In this document: positions 47,373-59,260 of the stretch, one piece after another
Layout: each line of letters begins with the position of its first letter
Position numbering within the stretch: the first letter of the stretch is position 1
Assembly: GCF_006345805.1 (NCBI RefSeq)
Contig: NC_043012.1
Coordinates: 14,694,001-14,758,000 of the forward strand
Origin: Octopus sinensis
Taxonomy: Eukaryota
Direction of reading: 5' to 3'
Length of the DNA stretch: 64,000 nt
Position numbers and translations under genes: made by a program
The notes under the pieces: generated by a model
Database searches by the model: none
The model's input: the letters and a program-made list of their open reading frames with translations, nothing else
Told to the model about the DNA's origin: nothing

Positions 47373-50336
47373 GCTCACCCTCAATCTTCATGAAATATCC
47401 ATGTTCCATCATGCCGGCATAGGTCGGATGGTTTGACAGGATCTGACAGACCTACTTTGGCATGATTTCTACAGCCGGATGCCTTTCTTAACGTCAACCT
47501 CTTCACAGCTTTTCTTTTTTTGTCTCAGTGGCACTGGGGAGGTCTGCACACACACACATAAACATAACAGAGCTGCTTTTTCTCTTGATGTGTGCACAGA
47601 TAATGAATGACAGTGGAATGTGGCAAGAAGACAAAGCATCTCTGACAGTAATTTCATCTTGCCAACTTCTTTTCACTGCACAATCAAAGATTACAAATAT
47701 ACCATGTTGTATTTTAAATTCTCCAATTCAACTGTGCCCCACACGTAATAATCAAGGGGGTTACAGTGTGGCGAGTTAGGTGGCCAGATGTTAGGGGTGA
47801 TGTGGTTGCAGAAATTGTCTGACAGCCATGACTGGGTTCTCCTGCTTCTGTGGCATGGTGCAGAGTCCTGTTGCCATCCTCTAGACCCAGAGCAGCACTA
47901 CCTCCTCCAGGCACTTGATGTAGACCTCCGTGTTGAGTCTGAGGTCGTGTGGGAAGATGAAAGGATGCATAATGTCATTATCACTAGTGATCACTCCAAA
48001 CACCATAATGTTGACTGGATGTTTAATTTTTATCACTCTCGCTACATGTTTTGGGGACATGACAAGCCAACAGATGTTCTGTTGGCATGCATATGTTTGC
48101 TGTGCTTGAGAAGACATGTCAAGCTAATTTGTAGCCAGTGCTGGTGACATGCAAAAGGCACCAAGTACCCAGTCACTAGGAAGAGCATCCAAGCTTAGAA
48201 ACTAGGGCCAAAACAGACTGGAACAACCCAGTGTTGTTCTCATCATCTGATCCTGGCAGAAATTTTTCTCATCTGAGAAAAACCTAAACATATTCGGTTG
48301 GAGGAGATGCTTGAATTTGTTCAAAAGCTTCGTAGAGTGGTCTTTCCTCTTGTCCTTGATGGGGTGGGATAAAAATTGGCCCTTTCTCATCATGGACTAG
48401 GAATACGGAATGTCTTCATACACTACCTGCCTGATAAGAAACTCAGACACTGCCATGTCCCTGGCAATAGACCAGATTGACTTGAAGGGATCACTGTCAA
48501 TTATGGCCTGGATCTCACAAGCAAATTCAGTTTTTTCTCATCAGAACAATCAGAGTGAATTTTCCGAGCTGCCATCCCTTCGTAATCACCATTAGACTCA
48601 TTCAACTCTTTCTGAACCCTCTGCACTATCCTCAGATTGATTACTCAAGCACTCAGAAATGTTCATATTGGAGCTTCCAAGCAGTACAGCATGTCGTTTC
48701 CAAATTTCTGGCAGAGTGAATTGCGTCATGGTGCTGGTTTTTTCACAGATGATGCCCAACTGACCCTACTATAATGTGTAGTCGACAATATCAAAAACAA
48801 ACAATGCACTTTCGCGAAAGTAAAAAATATAAAATGACAAAAATTCATACATCGCACCCTGTATATACACACATACACACACACACATGCATGTGTGTGT
48901 GTATCATCAATTTAACATCCACTTCCCCATGCTCACACAGGTCAGAATTTATTGAGGTGGATTTTCTACAGCCAGATGCCCTTCCTATTACCAACCCTCA
49001 CCTATTTCCAAGTAAGGTAATATTTCCCTATGACCAAATAAGTTTTCATGGAACAATGGAAACGAAGGTCACAATTTGCATGATGGTAACATTCATTTTC
49101 AATAATCACACAAGGAAACACATATAAATCTTTTATCTTTTATCCCTTACTTGTTTCAGTCATTAGACTGCGGTCATGCTGGGGCACCGCTTTGAAGAAT
49201 TTTTAACCGAATGTATCAAACCCAGTACTTAAGCTTTTAAAGCTTGGAACTTATTCCACCAGTTTCTTTTGTGGAACTGCTAAGTTACAGGGACATAAAC
49301 ACAGCAGTACCAGTTGTCAAGCAGTATAGAGGGAGAAACACAGACATTACACAAATAAACACACACATATATATATATATATATGATAGGCTTCTTTCAG
49401 TGTTATATTTCTTTACTGCCCACAAGGGGCTACACACAGACGAGACAAACAAACAGATTAAGTCGATTATGTCGACCCCAATGCGTAACTGGTATTTATT
49501 TAATCAACCCCGAAAGGATGAAAAGCAAAGTCAACCTCGGTGAAATTTGAACTCAGAACGTAACGGCAGACGAAATACCGTTAAGCATTTCGCTAACGTT
49601 TCTGTCAGCTCCTCGCCACCTTAAAGTTTCTTTCAGTTTCAGTCTACCAAATCCACTTGACAACTGGTGTTAGTGTGTTTATATCCCCAAAACATAGCAG
49701 TTTGGCAAAAGAGAACAACAGAATAAGAACCAGGCTTTAAAAAATAAGTACTGGGGTCGATACATTTGACTAAAATTTCTTAAGGGTGGTGCCTCAACAT
49801 GGCCACAGTTTAATGACTGAAACAGGTAAAAGAACTTGTACCTATTCCACAAAACAGAATTTTCGTAACAGAAACTCACCACTGAAATCATCATCTCTTC
49901 GTTGCCTTCGACGCCGAAAATCATTCTCTCCATCACTGGCAATCTCTCCGTCTTCAAGAATTTCACCATCTTCAGGCTCCTCTTCTTTGTACTTTCGCTT
50001 TCCAGATCTCCTTCGAGTTTCTTTTTGTCGATGGCGACTACTGTCACCTCTACTGCTCTTTGACTGACCATTATTTAAAATGGATTTGGAATTCTGTAAA
50101 ACTCCTTTAGCATCATTCTCGGTCGATTCAGGAATCAGTGGTCCATTTCCAGAATCTTGATCGCTTTCGGATGATTGCTTCTTGAAGCCATCTTCAGCAA
50201 AGGTCGTCAACATTTTAGCTGAAGGAAGTGGATTCAACGACTGCTCCGAAGCACTATCATCATCGTTTAGTTGAATAGACAGCTTCCCGCCATCACCATG
50301 GCAGTCCTGCTCCTCATCTGTCATGAAATCATCCAT
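30053..50336 (-). CDS. ZC3H4: Zinc finger CCCH domain-containing protein 4/6 ortholog (Su(s)-like, Restrictor subunit). 14 coding exons: 49880-50336, 46374-46534, 45295-45515, 45103-45169, 44001-44150, 41989-42097, 41654-41763, 41103-41145, 40212-40380, 39290-39582, 37827-38048, 34538-34632, 33534-33832, 30053-31559; 1300 aa
   Basis: Exons joined by hand with GT..AG introns and consistent phases give one 3903-nt ORF. Recognised family motifs: [11 protein letters not shown]; three CCCH fingers ([57 protein letters not shown]); PSLFDIKV; [12 protein letters not shown]; WYSSDEDE...ILKNL; many DPR motifs; C-terminal [15 protein letters not shown]. An in-frame TAA at 50363-50361 upstream supports ATG 50336 as the start. 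Likely the single invertebrate ortholog of the ZC3H4/ZC3H6 pair. Confidence 0.93.
32700..33165 (+). mobile_element. Non-autonomous RTE-tailed element with internal tandem subrepeats
   Basis: GCCAGTGGCACGTAAAAG..CCATTCGAGCGTGATCGTTACCAGC repeats; tail CATGCTAGCATGG..GACGTTAAACGATGATGAT. Confidence 0.8.
33534..33832 (-). CDS. ZC3H4: ZC3H4 coding exon 13 (Ser/Thr/Asn low complexity)
   Basis: [30 protein letters not shown]...SSTSNT; ctcttcttag acceptor, AG|GTATTT donor. Confidence 0.87.
34538..34632 (-). CDS. ZC3H4: ZC3H4 coding exon 12
   Basis: (L)[31 protein letters not shown]; cttttctag acceptor, CAG|GTATGT donor. Confidence 0.92.
36122..36261. repeat. Inverted repeat (53/56-bp arms, 31-bp spacer) in a ZC3H4 intron
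   Basis: Arms 36122-36174 and 36206-36261. Confidence 0.8.
36529..36947. repeat. About 55-bp direct repeats (36529-36583, 36894-36947) enclosing a 19-bp inverted repeat (36693-36711 / 36822-36840)
   Basis: Direct comparison. Confidence 0.75.
37411..37806 (+). mobile_element. SINE family B, older copy, abutting a ZC3H4 donor site
   Basis: Family head and tail motifs. Confidence 0.8.
37827..38048 (-). CDS. ZC3H4: ZC3H4 coding exon 11
   Basis: (D)[14 protein letters not shown]...[18 protein letters not shown]...VRDDAK; ttattttag acceptor, C|GTAATT donor. Confidence 0.9.
38189..38588 (-). mobile_element. Non-autonomous Helitron, copy 2 (ZC3H4 intron)
   Basis: Aligns along its length with 13428-13790; CCTGGC-AAC-GCCGGG hairpin. 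Confidence 0.75.
39290..39582 (-). CDS. ZC3H4: ZC3H4 coding exon 10 (Pro/Gly/Gln-rich)
   Basis: gtgtttcag acceptor; (R)PGFYKDALS...QQQQQQ...NLPQPL; G|GTATAA donor. Confidence 0.87.
40212..40380 (-). CDS. ZC3H4: ZC3H4 coding exon 9
   Basis: (D)[55 protein letters not shown]; AG|GTAAGA donor. Confidence 0.9.
41103..41145 (-). CDS. ZC3H4: ZC3H4 coding exon 8 (43-nt microexon)
   Basis: cccttcttctag acceptor; [14 protein letters not shown]; G|GTAATT donor; phase 0->1 fits. Confidence 0.83.
41654..41763 (-). CDS. ZC3H4: ZC3H4 coding exon 7 (CCCH finger 3)
   Basis: (G)[36 protein letters not shown]; tttttgcag acceptor, GTTAGC donor. Confidence 0.93.
41989..42097 (-). CDS. ZC3H4: ZC3H4 coding exon 6 (CCCH fingers 1/2)
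   Basis: [36 protein letters not shown]; tttattag acceptor, G|GTTAGT donor. Confidence 0.93.
43468..43849. repeat. 39-bp inverted repeat pair (43468-43506 / 43811-43849), probably an old MITE
   Basis: 3 mismatches in 39 bp. Confidence 0.7.
44001..44150 (-). CDS. ZC3H4: ZC3H4 coding exon 5 (start of CCCH finger 1)
   Basis: cctattttag acceptor; [50 protein letters not shown]; GTAG donor. Confidence 0.92.
44270..45015 (-). mobile_element. Three degenerate family A SINEs with (AAT)n spacers in a ZC3H4 intron
   Basis: Repeated family motifs. Confidence 0.78.
45103..45169 (-). CDS. ZC3H4: ZC3H4 coding exon 4 (67 nt)
   Basis: tttacag acceptor; (N)[22 protein letters not shown]; GTAAGT donor. Needed to restore phase 2->0 between its neighbours. 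Confidence 0.85.
45295..45515 (-). CDS. ZC3H4: ZC3H4 coding exon 3 (YxSP repeats)
   Basis: tattttgcag acceptor; KKKRRRLEY...PYDSP...SEDEED; AA|GTAGGT donor, phase 2. Confidence 0.88.
46374..46534 (-). CDS. ZC3H4: ZC3H4 coding exon 2 (Arg/Lys-rich)
   Basis: ttattttcag acceptor; [15 protein letters not shown]...[21 protein letters not shown]; GTGAGT donor, phase 0. Confidence 0.9.
46710..47095 (-). mobile_element. SINE family B, full-length young copy
   Basis: Intact head GGCGCAGGAGTGGCTGTGTGGTAAG, CpGs retained. Confidence 0.9.
47700..48861 (-). mobile_element. Degenerate IS630-Tc1-mariner (maT/DD37D-like) transposase remnant in a ZC3H4 intron
   Basis: [57 protein letters not shown]; one TIR end TA|CAGGGTG at 48861. 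Confidence 0.88.
49140..49830. mobile_element. Nested SINE cluster (family B fragments on both strands with a family A copy at about 49405-49620)
   Basis: Family motifs recognisable in both orientations. Confidence 0.72.
49880..50336 (-). CDS. ZC3H4: ZC3H4 coding exon 1 (exon acceptor at 50366, ATG at 50336)
   Basis: ttttggcag acceptor; [10 protein letters not shown]...[11 protein letters not shown]...DDDFS; G|GTGAGT donor, phase 1. Confidence 0.9.
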
Positions 50337-50911
50337 TGCATGACATAGCAAATTCCAATATTAACACTGCCAAAAATACAAAAAAAAAATAAAAGATTCA
50401 ACCATTATAACCAATATACGAAAATGAGATTTTTTTTTTTTTCTAGAATGGCATATCTCAAAGCACATACATGAAGAACATGCAAATATTGAGAAGAAAA
50501 ACTCTTTTGGATTGAAAAATGTCGACGTTTTCTTATGCAAAAAGGTTTTTCTACCCAATTTAGTCACATCATATTGTTTACAGGTCTGTGTATGTGCTTC
50601 AAGGTACAACATTCCAAAATAGAATTATTTCACGTTCTCTCAAAAATTTATAAGAAAAATTTTATTGAAATGAGAATTTAAATATTTCAAACCAAATTTT
50701 TAGTATTAAACGATGAACATGAATGAGAATCATGGAAGTAGCTCTTATAGAAAGAGGTTTTATATCTTTTGATTTAAACTCAGTCTAAATAATGTTTGTT
50801 TGTTTGTTTGTTTTATAAATATATTACAAGGGGAAAAAATTAAAACTATTAGTTCTATAGAAAGAAATGTAACATTTTGTAAAAGTTTTCTATTCAGTTT
50901 TGCCAATTTAC

Positions 50912-51420
50912 AAAACTCGAAACTGCTACGAAGAAGAGTTATTTCCCTTGTACTGTTGTTGGGGACGAAGTCAAAGCCAAGTCTTTGTCTGGAAGAGCAG
51001 AGAAAAAAAACGACTAAAATAACCATATGGCGATATTAGTTTTTCTCACACACACACACCTATGTCTGTATACAGATATAGGTGTGTGTATGGCTGTGTA
51101 TATTACGCACCATATATATATATATACACACACACACACCTAGCTAATATGAGCCATTTATGATATGTGTACAGAGAGGAAACAGGCAAAGATAGAACGA
51201 ATTATATCGGAACATAGAATCTAAAACAATCAAAACACCGGCTACTATCTAACAGAAGAAAGAAAAAACTTGTAAACATTATACAGGCTTTTATTTATTT
51301 ATTATTATTGATAAGTCTAGTAAATAAAATATATATATAATCAAAATAATTCGTTCAGTTTGTAAAATACATTAACAGCTATCCTAGTCCGAGCGGACAC
51401 ATGAACGAACACTGCTCACT
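50912..51420 (-). other. Candidate ZC3H4 5' UTR exons (50912-50988, and an exon ending at 51420)
   Basis: Strong minus acceptor ttttttttctctgctcttccag at 50989, weak donor GTAAAT at 50911; donor GTGAGC at 51419 just downstream of the ETS motif. No transcript evidence. Confidence 0.3.
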
Positions 51421-51540
51421 CGCATAGTTGTTACGAAATGGTTCTGTAAGGACCCGGAAGGATTGTTGTATAAAGCCTTCGTCCCACCCACAACCGTTTT
51501 CCTAAACTACATACTTTGTCCATCCCCGCACGTCCTATAA
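51380..51540. promoter_or_regulatory. Putative ZC3H4 core promoter (possibly bidirectional), ETS motif CCGGAAG at 51454-51460
   Basis: Local CpG retention in otherwise CpG-poor DNA; ETS core about 1.1 kb upstream of the first coding exon. Confidence 0.45.
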
Positions 51541-51727
51541 ACATTTTAGTAATGCGTTGTATGCATGCATACAAGAATGGATTGATGTGTAATTGCCTTA
51601 ATTATTATAAATAATTAAACTTCAGAAACTATGCTTATTGAATTAGAATTACGAAATAAATCAAGTATTTGAACTGTAAATTCCAAGCAAATATTTTCTT
51701 TGGTGCCTGTATTTTCTTATGTGTGTG

Positions 51728-51787
<60 letters not shown>

Positions 51788-51948
51788 AACTAACTTTCAC
51801 TAACCAATTATAGAGTATTAAGTAAATTATATTAATTAAATAAATTTAGAAAAATGATATATTTTGTTTTCGGTATAAAAAAGAAATGATATTTTTTATT
51901 TCAAATGGAAAAGGTAGACTTAAATGTGTTGTTGAGAAACAATGTATA

Positions 51949-51994
<46 letters not shown>

Positions 51995-53271
51995 ACAACG
52001 ACGTCTATGCTATTATTATTGGAATGAAAGACGAAATTAATGCTATTTTTTAAAAGGTGTTTGGCTGCGTTCCCGAGTTCAAAAGTGAACCCTTCCAACA
52101 AACACACAAGTCCCCATATGAGGAGGAGAAAACACATCGCCATGGAGAAGACGCTAATAACTTCCTGCGCAAATCTCCTGCAAAGTATCCCTGATTGTTA
52201 TAATCAGTTAGTAAGTTTACTAGTTAGCTTAAACTTGGAAGAAAAAAACAATAACAATAAATTAAGCAAATATAACCTCTTTAAAACTAAAAAAAAATAT
52301 ATATTTTTTTCATTTTTAAACATATTTCGAGGTGAAATAAAATGTGTGTGTGTGTGTAAATGTTTATATAGTATTGTGCGATTATATGTATATAGTGTAT
52401 GTGTGTATGTGTTGCAAAAAAAACTCGGAGTAGTAACTCTATTATGTGTATTGAGCACTTTTAGCATTCGTTCGTACTCCCCTTATGTATAAGTACATCA
52501 AACACACACATATACACGCGTTAATTATAAGAAAGTGTGCTGAATTTCGGAATTTCATTATAATATAGAAGTTATATATAACTTGCAGTTCGGTTTGTCA
52601 AGTAACCAAACGTGTGTGTGTGTGTGTGTGTAAGAAGGTGATGTAGTGAGATGGAAGATGAGGTGTGGTGGGGAAGGAAAGAGACTTGGTCAGGAAAAGC
52701 GAAGCAAATAAGATGAAATAAGAAAAATATATATAAAAAGGAAGGCAGAAGGGGGGGGGACGAAATCTGTTATAAGTCAGATACACATTACAAACGAGAG
52801 AGAGAGAAAGAGAGCAACAGATATATAGAGTTTCTTTCGTCATTATTAGTGAGAGGGAAATAGAAGAAGCAAGGCTGATGGGAGATGGTGACTAGAAGGA
52901 AAGTTTGTGGGGAGAATGAGGGAGGAATGAAAGGTGATCCGGTAACCAAAATATTTACATTTCTGGAAGAAAGAACATAACTGAAAAGATTCCCTGGTAA
53001 TATGACACATAAAATTGATTATTTCATTTTAATGAAAAATCGAAATAATCGTACTGTAATTCACGGTACGATCCTAAAGTCCTCTGAGGAGAAGAAACTA
53101 GGAATGTTTTGTGTGCAGGGGATCACACACAGACACACACACTTGAAGAAACGGTTCTTCGCCAAGTTTAATGCTCTGGACTCGCTGAATGCCCCACGAT
53201 GACGCCCCTACATCTCCATTAGAATTTCTCAAGAAACACTGGATATATGTCTATGCCTGTGTGCTTATGCT

Positions 53272-53345
<74 letters not shown>

Positions 53346-56300
53346 ATGTGTGTGTGTATGTATGTTTGTGCGCGCGTGTCAAAGAGAGACCGCGTCCATA
53401 TGTGAGTGAAATACGTTTAAGGAAACGCAAGAGGATGTTTAGTGGGGTAGGTGGGTTCTGTTTTATACAGGGCATATATATATATATATATATATTGCGA
53501 ACATTTCCAGACACCTTTATATAGTTGTTGATGACGATGATCGTGATGACCGCAATCATTCACTTCTCCCGTCAAACACGGTAAGAGATGAGGGAGGCGG
53601 GGTGGAGTTCAGTCTGGCTGTGGTCACCATCAGTCTGTCGGAGTTAATGGAATGAGATCGGAACGAGCAGCAAAAAAGAGAGTGTGGTGAACGGTTAAAA
53701 CTTAACTAGCAAGCATATTGGAAAAATATTTCTAATGAATTTTTTTTACAAGTCGAAACAAGATCGAATACCAGCAACTCTTCCCACCTGATTCCTGATT
53801 AGCTTAACACACGGTTTCTAAACAAACTTTTACAGCTCAGGTAGTTTAAAGTATTCTGCAAGCATGTATGGACGTGTTTCGAAGATAACCAACATGAATG
53901 AGAGAGAGCAGGCACGAAGCCAGTTTAATAGAGGAAGGGGTATATATACAGGCGATTGAATGTCCCCCGGTTCTCTGAATTCATCGACTCCACCACCACC
54001 ATCACCACGAAGGTGTGAAGGGCCGAGTCGATCGCTGCGCCAATTCAACAACGAAGTAGCGAACTGGTTATATAATAGAGTGCAGAAGAAACCTGAAGTC
54101 ATCTGACGATGTATCCATACTGGATATGACAGTTACGATAAGAGTACAAAAATCTAGGACAACACAACACAATATATTATTATTATTATAAGGGCAACGA
54201 AGTGAATTCCTTGATCAACCATTCTAAAAACCAGACATGCTGCCACTTCTTCCAAAACACAGACATCCTCTCGTACATTATCTCACCTCAATACCCACCT
54301 CACACATCCTAAATAAAGGTAGAGAGGCAGATGAAAAGTTACAGCCTCTCCAACTGGCCGCTAACCATACACAAATTTCCAGGGTATATATATATGTGTA
54401 TATATATGTGTGTTTTTCCATGTCCTCATAGTACTGACCGTAGGCTAGCATCCATGGAGGGGGGGGGAGAGAGAGAGAGAGAGAAAGAAGGATGCTATTT
54501 AATCAACATTATCCTCCCTTCTTCACCATTATTTCTACCATCGTGTAAAACTTACTGCGTAATTCACTTGAATCTGAGTCTTGAAATTAAGAATTATTAG
54601 ATTTCGGCAGAAACATCGCTTTCATAATCTCAGACTTAAAAAGATTTATATATCTATTTCGGGCACTAATGTTTTTTTCAGTTTCCAAGTGTTAACATTA
54701 GTCATTAACGATCAAAGCTTTTCGTAAGTAATCGGGCTTGCTGCTGCTGCTGCTGCTACTACTACAACCAGCAGTAGTAATGTAGTAGTAGTAGTGCTAA
54801 TAAAGACTTTGAGTGGTGGCCACAAATCTGACCTCATTTACAGTCGCCATTATGGTTAAAATAGACACTTTTTGGCAGTTTTCCTTAATTTCTGCGAAGT
54901 GATTGATTCCGATTACTTACCGTCAGTTCCACCACACAAGAAAAAATTCCCTTTTATTCCGAAACCATCCAAGGTTTTGGGGGGGACTGCTTTTTTTTAA
55001 GATAAATATATATACAATAGAGTTGTAGGATTCTATTTAAATATGGTTGTTTTTTTTATATTATGTTTATGACTATTTTTTTTTTTAAATAAAGGGAAAA
55101 AAATTATACCTGTTCTTTTCCTGTTTGCGAAATTTAATCTGATAATATAGTTAAGATTCTTATGGAAAATTTTGAGTAATAAATTGTTTTAGTGATGGTT
55201 ATTAATTGCCAGCAAGAAATGGCATTGTGGTTAACAAAGGAAATGATTTAAGGTTGGATTTCCTCTCCACTTCTAAAGCAAACACTAAAAAAGAGGGAAA
55301 GCTTGAAGAAATAGAATTCAGAGAGATCCCGGAGACGACAGGGTTAAAAGACTAGGGGTTTTTTTTCTGTAAAATCTGACCCCGGATTGGAATTGAGTGA
55401 AGACTTCGCTGTACTTTGTTAATAAAGTACAGGAAATGAGGAGTAAAAAAATGTGTGATTATTATACCTCGTAGAAAAAGATGGGCGGAAGACAAGGACT
55501 GGAGGAGAGTGTATATATATATATGTATATATATTATATAATATATATATATATATATATATCATATATTAAAAAAAAAAGGTTAAGAAACGGAGAAAAG
55601 GAGAGACTAACAGTGAATAGAAAAGGATGTAAAAAAAAAAATCAGCTCCTTTTTCTTCTCGGTTGAGGATAGAAACCTTGTTTTCACCACAACTCCTCAG
55701 AGAAGTGGTAAAGCAATATATCCTATAATTTAAAGTTGAGTCCAGTTGGAGGAGTATTTTGAAAGAGAAATGTCCAAAAACTCGCTGAACGACGTCGACG
55801 AGAATCAGAAGTGTTGAAGTGATGGAGGTTGGAACTAGGTCACGTGTCGGTGCCGCACACACAATGGGGTGCAGGCAAAAGGCGGAATGGAGAACAAGGG
55901 GGGGAAACGGGAGTCGTGACGTCGACGAAACAAAAGCGAAACGAAACGAAAAAACGAATTGGAGAAAGAGAGAGAGTATGAGTAGTATGAGTGGGAGGGG
56001 GGATGGAGCGGTAGAAAAAGGGGAGTTAAATATGGAGGTGGTTACGTTTTCCAGTTTTGCCTGATAAGAGAAAATAATAGAGAAATAATTACAAGAATAG
56101 TCTTCGATGTTAAATTTATGCAAAAGAAATATATTTATATAAGATGTAATAAAATAATACTGAAAAATAAATGGAGAATTATTGTATTTAAAAAAAATTA
56201 TATAAAAATATATCTTACTGGGAATTCCATATTTAATAATTAAGGAATGACGCAAATGAAATCTACGTAGTCTATACAACTACCACATATTTTCCTTTTA

Positions 56301-56877
56301 GTTAAAAAGATATCTATGTAAAAAGAATAAAAAATTGTTCCTATTTTCGTAATGCTTTGCCTGTTTTTAGATGTAAAAAAAAAAATTTAATTTCATCCCC
56401 CAAATCCCGAAACCAGATGAAATCGTATAAAAACTTCAACCAGTCTTTGATGTTTAATATTACTTGGAAGTTTGCGATGGGGAAGGTTGATATTAGGTCA
56501 GTGCCTCTCAGGGAGGGATTCCACACAAACTTTTGAATTAAAGATTAATGTTGTGGCTATTAACTAGAAGCACCGTTGCGTCGTCGAAGAATTCTTTGTT
56601 CTTTGGTTCGTCTATGCCACCGCCACAACCACCACCACGTTCTTTATGGGAGAAGTCTTGTTGTGATCTTCTATCTGTTAAAACTGAGGCCTAAATAGAC
56701 GAATTTCTTGTTTTCCTGTTCAGTAGCAAAACCTCAACAACATCGACCGATCAGGATATATATTATATATATATAATGTATTGGGTTTGTCCTGGAGATC
56801 TCCAGGTTAACAGCTTTACTATTTGTGGGTCCTGATGTTGGGCTAATACCGAAGACAGGACCTAGCAGAACACACCA

Positions 56878-56947
<70 letters not shown>

Positions 56948-59179
56948 GTGTGTGTGTGTGTTAAATGGCAAAGTTATCGCAAAAAGTTTCCAAATTGGAA
57001 AAAGTTTCATTGGTATTTGTTTTTCCCAAAATTTATCGATTTTCAACAATCGATGGGCGACAACATAATTAACTTTCAATGACAGATCGATTAAAATATG
57101 CCACCAATATTGTTGATTATAAATGTAACGTATCGGGGTAGGGATTATAAATAGGTTATTATTATTATTATTATTTTATCATTATTATTATTATTATTAA
57201 GGTGGAGTTTAAAAAAAAAAAAGAATATTTAGACGTTGCTACCTTCATTAACATAATTTATGTTAAAGCCAGAATTACCTTCATCTGTAAATTACAATAT
57301 CCTTGCTAGTGGTTGAGAGACTATGCTAGATTAGTAAATATAAGCTTGTTTTTTTTTTCTTGTAAGTGAAGAGAGAGATAGAGGAAATAGGCAGATATTG
57401 AGAGAGTATATATAGATATATATATATATATATAGATATAAATATATTTTCTTTTAAAAAAAAATTACTAAAAAATTAAGGGAGAGATATTCCTTCTGAA
57501 TGAGTTTATAGTTGTTGGTGATGTATAAATATATATATATGTATATATATTTATCCTCTTTGCTTCCTTTTTTTTTTGTTCCTAGACATAGATGATGTTT
57601 CTTTTTATTCCAAGTGATGTTAAATAGTTGTTCTCAATGGATTTTTGACTAAAAACTACCAACAGATTGTTTCGTTGGCAGAGGGAACTTGTCTTTCACT
57701 TTTGATGGCCAATATTTCCAGTACTTGGACTGGGGCTTTTTATATTATGTTTGTGAATATCATATACATATATATATTTATATATATATGTATATAATGT
57801 ATATTAATGTGCGTGTATATATTACTGCTTTTCTATTCCCCTGTTCTGACAAGAATATTAGCAAAAGTAATCAATTATGGAGCGAATGGGTGAAGCAAAT
57901 AGTTAAGAGTAATTATCTAAGGATATATAATGCATGGATATGTAAGAGTGAGTGTATATATGTTTATATAAATGCGTGTGTGTACATGTATGTATATATT
58001 GTGTATATATTCACTTAGTTTTTTAAAGATAGAAACAAGTAAAAACAATAATTAACACACACATTTATACGATCATTCCAACTAAACTGTTAAATATATA
58101 TACAAATATATATATATGTATATATATTTCTTTTGCTTCTACCTGAAAGGAACAAATATTTAGAAAAGAGAAAAAAAAATTATACCATCAACTTATTTAG
58201 AGAAGAATTTGGTGCAATTTTGTGAAGGATTTTGTGGAAATGATTAGGAAGATAAGATTGGAAATAAAACAGTAACGTGCAGGTGTATATATATAAATAT
58301 ATATACATGTATGGCTGGTGTATATAATGTAAAAAAAGAGATGATTTTAGAAGAATTTGTGATGAATGAAGGGAGAGGAAAATTGAAGGAAGATTTGGAG
58401 GAGATTAAATACCTGAAGTAAAATATTTGGGATTTTGTGTTGTTTCTTGAAGGATTTTTGTGTGTAGAGATGTATATTAATGATGTTCTTTGGCCGTATA
58501 TATATACATACGTGTGTATATATACATATATGTGTGTATATATGTATATATATTATATTTGAGAGAAAAATAGGGGAAGCAGTGAATAAGTTGTATCTTG
58601 TGATGGATTAAACGGTCGTATTTTGGGGGAGTTTTCACTTCTTTTCGGTGTCTCATAAAAAGATCAACAGAGCATCGAATCGTACAGGTATATATATATA
58701 TATATAAGTGTATATATATATATATGTATATATATACGTATATATATGTGTGTGTGTGTGTGTGTATATAGAGTAGAGTCTACCTAATCAAGCACACATA
58801 TGGAAAGGAATCACTTGTTTCTTTCTTTTTTGTGGGGGAAAAAAAAAAGTCGAGTAAATGAATAGATAAATGAAGAAAATTTGTGTTGTACTTGTGATGT
58901 TGTTTTGGCTTGAATAGAAAAGACCAGAATCATTTGCGAGACCCAAACATTCCGAAATCTCTTCAAGCGTCCATTTTTGCCCTTCTTTTTTTTTTTTTTC
59001 CTCTCTCTCTCCAAACCCTTTTTTTTTTGTTTTTTTTTCTTTAGATTTCCTATCGCTATCTCTATCTCTCTCTCTCTCGTTTCTTTTTTTGTTTTTGTGT
59101 GTTTATCTACCTCTCTTCACTTTGAAAAATGCTTAGAGGACGGCAAGAAGTTCCTCTCTTTTTCCTTTTGCACATTTCT

Positions 59180-59260
59180 AAAAGAAAAGATGGCGGCCTC
59201 CTCGAGAGATTCAACACACGCCCGTGACGTCACCGATGACGTCATCCCACCCACCCTTCG
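59180..59260. promoter_or_regulatory. Promoter-like cluster: YY1 consensus AAGATGGCGGC (59187-59197) and two perfect CRE palindromes TGACGTCA (59225-59232, 59237-59244)
   Basis: Exact motif matches within a CpG-rich unique island. Confidence 0.7.

Noticed and set aside
53830-54102. 90-aa minus-strand ORF in a CpG island
   Set aside because: No recognisable motif or compatible splice partners; cannot join ZC3H4 because of the in-frame stop upstream of its ATG.
55569-56279. 236-aa minus-strand ORF
   Set aside because: Antisense of purine-rich and AT-rich sequence, biased to F/L/I/S, no ATG context or domain.
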